A stretch of 64,000 bases of DNA from positions 124,001 to 188,000 of the forward strand of contig NOWV01000030.1 in assembly GCA_003344405.1 (NCBI GenBank), in the 5' to 3' direction. A program made the position numbers and the translations under genes. Below the pieces are notes generated by a model that saw only the letters and a program-made list of their open reading frames with translations, made no database searches and was not told the origin of the DNA. Shown piece after piece: positions 53,901-64,000 of the stretch. The DNA comes from Trichoplax sp. H2 (taxonomy: Eukaryota). The first letter of the stretch is position 1. The number at the start of each line of letters is the position of its first letter.

Positions 53901-56900
53901 AGTGAAAGTCTAAAATACTACTTCAGTGTTGTTTAGAATACAGAGAAAAGACTTTGGACGTTAAGTCAATACTGGCTACAATCATGGCTTAGGCTTTTCT
54001 ATCCAATGAGAAATGAATAATCTATTTTTCTGCCGATACTAAGATTACTAAAGGCTAAATAATCTATCGCATTGTATCTTACTACCTAATAGAAAGTTTT
54101 TTTTGAAATTCATGTTATGATACGTCTAGATACAACAGAATGGACCAAATTAAGATGTATATGCATACTACAGTACTACACAAACTTCAACAAGTTTAGG
54201 AATGATAGAGCAGTACTGTACAGGATTTAATCAATCATACCAAGGACTATTCCTCCTAGTGGTCCTTGATGATAAATATTGACGTAGAAGATAATATTTC
54301 ATGATTGTGTGTAAAGTATATGCTGCTAGTGCATATAGCTGGACTTTACATAGTCGTCTTTCGTCTTCTTAACTACGATTCTGTGCTAATACGTCATTGA
54401 AACAAAAATGAATACTGTACAATAGTTATCTTGTTGTATTTATTGAACGGTGTAATAGAGAGCGTAGCAGTGACCTTCTGGGCAATATAGAACTAGTGGA
54501 AGGTTTCGACAGCTCTCGCTATTCTTATTTTTTACACCGGTATATTTCTATAGTGTATATCTGTAAATTTGTAGCTTTGCTCCTTGCGCTGTATGGATAC
54601 GTATTAGTATTGCAAAGTTCAAAGAATTGATATGATTTCTGAACATCATCACTAGGCTAAAAAATGATCATAATTTAAAATCAATTTACACTTAACGTAC
54701 AATTATCACGACTGTGTTGACAGCGATATTATTGCACTTACGTAGATATCTCTTCATACCCTTCCTACTATATACGATATACCAATATAATGTATACTAG
54801 TACAGTGTAGACTAGGATATACAGAAATGGTGCAATTTATTTTTTATCACGTTAGGCTGAATACTTGTATTATGATTCGCTCGCGATCATGTCATCATAA
54901 AATTGATTATCCTGTCCTTTCATTCCATTACTTGATTAAGTGAAACTGAAACCAACGCCCTATGAACGTAAAATTCGTCCTTATTGCATACAGTAGGCAA
55001 TAATCAAGAGATATCCACACATAATAAAATTACTATTATTAAATTTGTCTTTTAGGTAACTTATGTAAATCGTGCCAATGTCATCATGTTAGCTTGACAC
55101 ATGTTTAATTACTTAGAATAGTATCGATGACACACAATACAAGATCGAATAGATATAGCTATAATACCATCTTGCAGGATTGAATGTTAGCTTACTGTTA
55201 AGGCTATCATTTTATCGAGAAGGAATACGCATTAGTTAATTTGAAACTCAAGATTAGGACCAGATATTACTATCAATATTGTCGTAGTTAATTATTGAGG
55301 ACATGTAGATTTCTCTAGAACGTTTCATGTAAATTGTAGTACCTCCATGTAGTCTTATTTGGATTTAATATCTGAGCAGACAACGATAATATTGTCATGT
55401 AAAAAATTCTTAGGTAGCATATTTATTCATGGCGTATAAAACTTATAATTATACGAATACGATAGAGTATAGGATCGTTTGCTTCGCCTTTTTTTCTCTT
55501 CTACTTGTAATAATGATTAAAATCGTAGAGAATTATATCTTACAAATTATATCAGATTGATTAACCTTTATCCTAAGATTGTTTATAATAAATGGATAAC
55601 GCTGTACATCTAACGTTACGTTGTTTTCCATATCAATTTTATGTGCTCTAGTTTAATTGTTTTCCTTGCATTTCTTAGGCTACGAAATTTACCTTTAACA
55701 GGCGGTGGCGGGCTAAATATAACTTCACCACCTCGCTCACCGATTTTTGTAGAACAAGAGAGTGGTAAAATAGTTTATAATAAAGAAGAATTAATACAAT
55801 ATTATAAGAAGGTAAAAGACATCCCACGAGTATTAGAGAAATGCCCGGTACTATTACATCCAGAACCGCTATTACCCATGACTATGATACCTCTATCTGA
55901 AGAAGAGCAGCGTAATGCTGCAAGCGTTAATAGTGCCGTAGCACTCAGAATGACTGGTCGTGGCGGTAGCCATCCTCGTGGGCGCGGTAGTGTCAGAGGA
56001 AGAGGTAACTTTCATTACTTTTATCGCAAGACATGAAATTCAATGACTGCTATAGTAATAGGCTACTTTATATGCTTCAAATTGCGTAATATCTACAATT
56101 TTTTAAACCAATAATCTACTAAAGATGTAGTATGCACATATCTGCTCTCGATACTGTTTTGTTATCACTTAATTCTCAATTTTTAGATCAATACCGTTGT
56201 ATACGTACTGTATATATATTATACACTTATACAGTATATGTACCGTACCATACATAGATTGGTTAATAAATTTCGACATTTTTGAATAGATTTTTAATTT
56301 TAGTAAAGTTCTTATCCATACAGTATTATAACACGTTAGTATTTTACTTGATGTTATTAAGCTATAGTAAAATCTTCCTTTTCCGGTTTTGTTTTTGTTT
56401 CAGGTCGAGGTCGTGGTGATGCTTATTATATACGCACTGGTAGCGATGACGGTAACACCAGCGGACATCCTACTTTTACACGAAGTCGTAGTGGTGAAGG
56501 CAAATCATCCTGGGATATTGAAAGGTAAGAGATTTTATTGGCATTATGATTAAATATTATACGTAGTTGTAGTTAATATAAATTAATTTAGTACATGATT
56601 TTACATAAGTATTATATACATGTATAATTTGATAGATCAGATCATCAGATATTTTTATTCGTGAAATCTTGTAAGGCTATTGTTGATTGTTTTAGTCATA
56701 GCCCTATACTTTCGATATCAACAGCTATAAATAAATTGATCAAATCACTGTAACAATTGACTTTTTATATTATTATTGCCCGCCTTTATTCCATATGTCA
56801 CAAGTCCACGAGATGGTAAGTCTTTTCTATTGTAAGCAATAGAAATTTGTAATAAATTAGTGATGTAGTGAGTGTGTTATGCTTGGAATCATTTTAGTGC

Positions 56901-59900
56901 ATTGTCACATTCATACAGTACTATTGATATTAGATACATAATAATTTTCATTGTAATCTTTAGGTCAAAATAAACAAGAAAATAATCGGCCAGTAAAAAA
57001 TAGCTGGAGATCTGAAAGCTTAACTTCAGAAGATGACAATGGATGGAAATTTGCTGGTCGAGGCAATAATCCAAATAAGTCTCCACGTGTACTAACTGGT
57101 AGTGGCAACTGGAGAAGTAGTAGTTCAGGTATTTAGTTATTACAAATTTTGATTGATAATTTTTCTGACAAAAATTTCCGCTGAAATTAATTGTACGTGC
57201 AACCAGTATTGTATTAATTAAGATTAAGATAATAATTGTTAACATCAAGTGTGCATATCTAAACAAAAACGAAAAGTACTTAACAGTAGACATTTTTAGA
57301 ATCAAGAACATGGAATAGTAGGACAAATTACCAACAAAAAAATCACTACAGTAATGATGATTCGTATGATTTACCGGAATGGAGCCAGGATGGCGTTGAC
57401 GACATTATTGGAACTTTCGATGGTTCTGGGGCATTTTGCTCTCAAAAGGTATCGAAGAAATTATAGATAGGATTTAATTTCTTCTTACTAAGGCTTAAAA
57501 CTCTATCTTCAGATGGAAAGTGGTGAAATAGAAACATTCGAGAGTGATAATAAGAGTGGTATACAAGTTGAAGCGGAAGAAAATTCAACGGTATAAGCTA
57601 AAAATTTTAGACCGTGTGTAGTTTATTTCATCTAAGAATATTGAAGTCCGTCGTTGATATCAATCATGTACCATTAGTTCTACCATGAATACATTGTATG
57701 TTCCATTTATCGCTCTAACTGTGTACTTTTCTTTGTATTTTATAATGCAGACAAATGATATCAAAGAATCTGATAGGCAACAAGGAGTAGTAGATGGATT
57801 AGGTATTTAGCAAGATATAATAAAAATAGATATGATAATAAACTAAATGTAATGTATCGTTTAAAAATGATAGTTTGAACCAATATTAAAAATTTAATAT
57901 ATTTTCGGATGGTTATGGTTGTTAGAATACGTTGCTCCTGTTCGTGACGATTTAAGATCGACCGTAAAAGATAATGTTAGTGCAACAATAGATGATAACA
58001 AAGATTTAGAAGAACATCTACCTGAATCTCTTCGCTTAGCAATAAGTGACGATCAGCTGCCGGAATCTTTACGTAATGTTATCGAACAACTAGATACAGA
58101 ATCATGTAGTGCGAAAACGACAGATAATGTTCGTGAAATTTTTTCAAGTTGATATTCTCGAACGTTAGCCCATGAATCTCCACCTTTATAATTCATATTT
58201 ATTACCTATAGCATCAACAACAAGTTGTAGATAATAATGCAAGCAGGAATGATATGTCGGTCAGTTTGCAATTGTGACATAATAGATTTTTTAAATTTTT
58301 GATACGGAGTTCGTAACGTTACATTCTAAATTGTGTAGATGAGGATAGATAATATGGGGAAAGATGGTAACTTAGTAAGTGAAGATGAAAAATGGCTTTA
58401 TCAGGATCCTCAGGGCAAATTACAAGGTAGATTTTATTGTAAATTGAATGAGGTAAATGCTTAGTTGGTGGTTTGACGTAATCAACCTTATCCATTAGGC
58501 CCATTTGGAAATAATGAAATGCTAGAGTGGTTAAAAGCGGGATTCTTCGCTCCTAATTTGCCAGTCAAAAGAGCATGTGATGACTATTTATTGCCTTTAG
58601 GTTGGTTCTCATCTGTAATCGAGTTAGCAATTAGTTTCTTATGTTAACTTTTATTCTCTAAAAGTAATCTATAATACTTACAGGGAAGGTTATTAGAATT
58701 TGGAAGAGGATTCCTTTCCAACCTGGTCCTGCGCCTCCTCCATTCAAGGTATCTTAAATTTATTCAATTTGATACCACAACCTTTTATATTTGATATATA
58801 GGATATTCTTGCTTTCCATAAATTGCTTAAATATGCGTCAATCTATAGATCAGTCAAGAACAAGTTATACAACATCAGCAGTATCAACAACCACAACATC
58901 AACAGTCCCAGCACCAACATCAACAATCTCAACATCAACAATCACAACATCAACAACAACAACAAATGGCTGCTATGGCTGCTGCAAAGGAACAGCGACT
59001 ATTTTTACAAAGACAATTAATGGCCCAGAAGTTGATGCAGCAGCAACAACAACAGCATATGTATCAACATCAAATGATGTTATATATGCAACAGATGCAT
59101 CTCCAACAACAGCAAATGTCTCCAGAGGCATTAAATATGGCTTTACAACAAAATTCACAGAACCCTACAACTGTTGAATCTGAATCTGATAATCGAATGG
59201 AATCTCACGAAAGTAATACAAATCAACAAAAACCGAAATCGGGTATTGAACGAAGTGACGTTACACGCTATTGTATTGTGTAATTTAGACCAGTATCTAA
59301 TTAAAATTGCTTTTAATAATAGCATGGAATATGACTCAAGTTAAACCAGCTGATGCTTGGAACGGATCTGAAAGGTACCGTAATGTATCTTGGTCAATCA
59401 CATATTTTGATTATTGATTTTTAGTACGAATATTTGTAAAAATATCATTATTATGCATAGTAACCAAAGTGAACATAAAGTACCGGATAATCAGGTATTA
59501 GACACAACCATTACTGTTGCATACAGATCTAAGGGAATCTGTTCGTTTTATCCGTAATAACAAGACGCTGTACAGTATATTGTTAGCAGAAATTGACAGC
59601 CGTTTATAATACTACAGGATCAACCAGTATCTATATCACAGTCTCAACTAGAAGAGGAGTGGGTAAAGAATGCAGAAGGACGCAGAGAAAAGCAAACTCA
59701 GCCAAATATGGCAATTCTTGAGGAGAGTCAGTCACTAGCGAAACAACATCAACAGCTTCAATCTGCAGCAAGCTCTGCGAGACAAGCTTCAATTAATATG
59801 AACATTAGTCATGAACAATGGAAAATGACTTCTGCCACTTCTCCAGTTTCCTTAGCGCAAATACAAGCCGAAGAAGCTAGGCGAATAGCTGAAGAACAGG

Positions 59901-61719
59901 TACATAATTGAATTACAGGTTTCACTAGACTTTATGAAATCTTATAATTGGAATATTCGTATTTAACAGCGACTACGCCAGCAGCAAGTGCATCTACAGC
60001 AACAGCAAACTGATCAAAATAGAAGTTTTGTTGGAAATTGGGTTTCTAATTCTCGGTAAGTAGTGTGTACCCATTCTTTACTTTTTCATAATAACAAAAT
60101 TATCAATGCTTTATTATATATTTTTTTGCTGGATTATAATTATATCAAATATACTAGCAGCAGTAGTGATGGAATGTCGAATAGTCCGATATCTTTGGTT
60201 GATATCCAAAAGGAGCAATCGTCGCGAAATGAAGAAAAATTACGACAACAACAAATGGTAATAAAGTAGTATTTTATATGATTGTTGATTTATCTTACTA
60301 AACTCATTGCTATCTATTTGCGTATCAGCAGACATCTGTTTCCTCTAACGTGACCCGGACGTCTGGCTGGGGATCATCACCAATGGTCCATCAGAATGTT
60401 AAAGTTCAACCTACATCAGGCAACAGTGGTCCAATAAACTCGGGCTTACTTGGTCAGGTTATTTCGTCAAGAGGATTAACTAACGAAACCGTAAAAACAC
60501 GCAATCCTTTGGATGAAACGACATTAGTTAATCGTCCAAATCCCTCTCTTCAATCATTTTTTCACCCTGATATTTCTAATAAGTTAGTTTTTAATTACTG
60601 TAAATGTGCTTCATGTTGAAATAATTTGAAAATGTTTAAATACATCAAAATATTTTTCTGTTCTAGATCTGCATTTCCAGAACTTTCAACCAACAAACAA
60701 GGTGTAAAAACTTCTCAAGAGAGGGTAATGACATCTTGCAACTTATTTCATTGAATATTTGTAAATGTGAAATGTAACGTTTCTGCTTTAATGTCAGGGT
60801 GATGTTACTCGAGGCTCTAATACAGCTTATAATCCAGAAAATGCATTGATTCAATGGTGTGAAAGACGTTTAGCTGGAATTGAAACAACTATTGATAGTA
60901 TGTGTATTATCATATTATAACCGTTATCGAATAATTTGTATATCCTTCATACTTTATTATGTTACTGAAACAAGCTACCGGCCAGTAGTATAATGAACTT
61001 TCAAAGTTACGGATTCATTCCTATAATATTTTTTTTTCACATAGTCCCGACATTCGCTAGATTCATTTCATCTTTAGGATCTCCTGCCGAGGTATTTACG
61101 TTGCGATACTTAATAGTAACGATGTATTAGTATTTTATCGTATCTTGTATCATCTAACTAATACCACTTTATCGGAAGGTTCGCGATTATCTTAAGATGT
61201 ATTTGGGAAGTACAGAAGAAGTAAAGAATTTTTTCAATGACTATGTTAGGAAAAGACGGGAATGTGAATCGGTTAGAATTATTCATGTTGTATTTTTTGA
61301 TCGATATTTTTTTAACACACTAAGTATGCTTTTCATATTAAAAGCAGCAATTTCCAAAAGCCTCACCTGGTAACATGAAAGAAACAACTACAGATATGGA
61401 GCCATCAGTAAGGAGTGAAACTCGCGAGGAATCACAAGTCGAGGTTAATTAAGAGAAAGCGTATTTATTTGTATGACTGATCAGTCAGATAGCAATTTTA
61501 TAAAATTTGATTAACAAATCTCTTTCCTTGGACATTCAGGCAAACGAATCACCATCGCCAACATCTAAAAGTAACAACTCTAGTAATGCCAATAATTCGA
61601 ATAAGAAAAAAAAGAAAAGGATGCAAAAAGTTGATCCAAGTATATTAGGTTTTAGCGGCAGTTCAGGAGATCGAATTAATCAAGGTGCCATCCAGTCATT
61701 GCGTGATGTGGAATATTAA
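50902..61719 (+). CDS. GIGYF: GRB10-interacting GYF protein (GIGYF1/2 orthologue), more than 20 exons
   Basis: MSQ (50902-50910) / ANVSETSMTFGPEW (51049-51089) / LRNL…ITSPPRSP…YNKEELI…PLSEEEQR…SVNS (55679-56004). RG-rich segment; EDDNGWKFAG; DDX6-binding-type LPEW…GTFDGSGAF at ~57370; GYF domain WLYQDPQGKLQGPF…EMLEWLKAGFF at 58390-58600; Q/H-rich tract; SLAQIQAEE repeats; LIQWCE…IDIPTF; C-terminal KKKKRMQKVDPSILGFS. Confidence 0.93.
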
Positions 61720-62278
61720 TATTGCAATTATCATGCTATCATCATTAAATATTTTACAGATAGCTTACTACATTTTCATTCAATTCATAATTCTTATCCA
61801 TCAATAATTAAGCCTTATCGTATCATATTAATGATAACGTATGAATTGAATTCTGATCTATCTAATACGAGCGAACGGCACTTCTTAACAAGATAAAACT
61901 TTACAGCTAGTATCAGCCGCAAGAGCAATAAAATGTTGTATATATAATAAATATATATATACAGGATCTGTAAACAAATTTACATAAGACAACATCATTT
62001 CTACAAGTTAAACTATTCAATAAACATATTAGTTGATTTACATTTCATGCTGTTGGATGATTATCGATATTTGGCAATACTCATTTCAGATTGCTATTTA
62101 ATAGGCTAGAGTAAGTCCATCAACAAAAGCAGTTATTTCTTGTATATTTAATATACAGTATAAGTGAGCTGGTGTATAGATTATACGTTAGTCTTTAAAG
62201 TAAATGTAAGCTGTGCCGATCACCAATTTAGCAGTCTTAAACACAACCATATTGTAAATTGGGGTTTTCACCTAATGA

Positions 62279-63607
62279 CTATGATGTCTTTGACAATCGA
62301 AATTGTTTAAATGATACTTTGATACTATCATCTGTCAACTCAAATAAGGCTGCATTTGGACCAGACCTTAAAGCAATTGCTTCTGCTGATTCTTGGCAGC
62401 TATTGATTGCTCGACTATCACATAAGCTCACTTTATTTAATAATAACATTTCGATAGTAGAACGCGCTTCACCTTGCCCTCTTGATGCAAGATGCAACGG
62501 AGTTTGACCACTTCCAGTCTTTGCGTTGATATCAGCGCCAGCTTGTAATAGCAGTGAAGCGATATCAGTATGAAACCAGTGACAAGCGCAATGCAATGGT
62601 TGCCAGCCATCATTGGTCTCAGCTGAGACATTTGCACCTCGTTTAATTAACATCTCAACTATTTTGATACCGCTATGATTTCCTGCAGCTCGATGTAACG
62701 CTGTGTAACTAGCAATGAAAATAAAATTAAAGTTCGTTGTTAGTTTATTAGGTCAACTATGAAGTTAGTACGAATTTTAGTTTTGCTATTCTTAAGTTTT
62801 CATGGACTCTTTACCCACTGTAATTGACATAAATCAAGGTGAAAGTATTGTACAGCATATAAAGAAGGTAGTTTTTTTTGGTGTTAATCTATTTTATATT
62901 CGTATTCTATTCATTAGTTATAATCATTCAATTTAAAATACTGTAAATACAATTAGGATTTAATATTTTTGATAGAAACAAATCCTATCTTGATTGTTTC
63001 CTTTTACAATATTCAAACAATCAATGCTATAAGTCTATTAGTAATTAGGCAAGTCTTACCCATCACTATCCGTATAGTGTATGATATCGTTACATCGATC
63101 GAGTAGTTTTTGCACTAAACTTTGATTAGCATATTCCGCTGAAGTTAATAAATAGTTTCCAAGTCGGTCATTTAAATTGGTATCTTCAGGACATTGTCCT
63201 TGATCGATTTCGTTGAGAAGTTGATTGATGCAATTTACAGTATCTTCACTCATGAATTCATCTTGATCATCATAATTTGAGCTACTATCTGGATATTGTT
63301 TAGACGTCGAATGCATGTTGAGTAAAGAGGAAGTATTGGTCTGATTGAAGGGATAACGATGCTGTGAGTATTGGGTATTATTTATCTTTAAAATATCACC
63401 AGGTACGAATCCATCTTGCATCGTTAAGAGTTGAGAAACAAGTCGTTCATGTTCAACTTGCTCCTCTGTATTAATATGATCTTCGTCATTAACTGTCTCC
63501 ACAGCAACGTTACTATTCCCTTCATTTCGAACATGTAATACTGGATTATTGGATTGATCGTTTCGATGTAGATTTGATTGACTGTCGTGGCTATCCAATG
63601 AATCCAT
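62279..63607 (-). CDS. ANKRD49: Ankyrin repeat domain protein 49-like, 2 coding exons (~63060-63607 and 62279-~62708)
   Basis: An acidic N-terminus, then LLTSAEYAN…LL, D.DG/YTALHRAA, DGWQPLHCACHW…IASLLLQAGADINAKT.SGQTPLHLAS…TIEMLLLN…N…ESA..IA.RS. This order matches human ANKRD49. Confidence 0.82.
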
Positions 63608-64000
63608 GACAGCAACGTTGAATAATTCTAATAGATTGATTTGCGCGTCTCAGGCTTGCCTACTGTACTATATAATGCGTGTATCGTCCAAGGTAATATA
63701 ACTCTACTTTACTTGGTTCTCATTTCTCTAACTGCTCAAGGAGAAACGGCAAGCATCGCCTCAAGAAAAATCTTGAAAAGGATCTTCCTGATCTCGGGCT
63801 TTGCTGCTGTTTATCAATCTGGTTAGAGGTCTGGAGAGAACTCTCTCCGGTAGGATCTCTATGGAGACCAGCGAAAGTGACTGTTGGGCCTGGCCTGGTG
63901 GAGGAAGTGACATACTGTGTTTAATCGTTACCGTAATAATACAGCGAATACAGCATGCATAGGAGCGATGTATAGTACAGTATACAGTACCATCGTTATA

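Noticed and set aside
56889..57326. 145-aa minus-strand hydrophobic ORF
   Set aside because: It is antisense to GIGYF exons and AT-rich introns, lacks an ATG start, and shows no family features.
58791..59177. Thr-rich (mucin-like) and Asn/Ile-rich ORFs
   Set aside because: They are alternative frames of the CAA-rich GIGYF exon. The splice phase selects the Gln frame.

Overview
This is AT-rich eukaryotic genomic DNA with compact, intron-dense genes and short introns. The style fits an early-branching animal, most likely a placozoan such as Trichoplax (inference). I reconstructed eight protein-coding genes by hand: an intronless class-A GPCR (+), syntaxin-1-like Qa-SNARE (-), USP48 (+), proteasome beta1/PSMB6 (-), histone H3.3 (-), Kv-beta/KCNAB (-), GIGYF (+) and ANKRD49 (-). 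The first ~14 kb has no recognisable gene but holds many local tandem duplications. Gene 5' regions carry further tandem arrays and CAGTA/TACTG pentamer fields. The most notable signals are: (1) a candidate alternative last exon that would replace the syntaxin transmembrane anchor with a CaaX box (VKYNRCILM*), each last exon followed by its own AATAAA; (2) a Asn/Ser-rich tail with N-glycosylation sequons after the syntaxin TM helix; (3) a duplicated candidate C/D-box snoRNA with a 13-nt match to 18S rRNA at the yeast Am796/snR53 site; (4) a frame-essential 11-nt microexon and a 4E-BP-like motif in GIGYF; (5) a Kv-beta with no apparent N-terminal inactivation domain and a GC-AG first intron. 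No database searches were run; gene names come from recalled family motifs.
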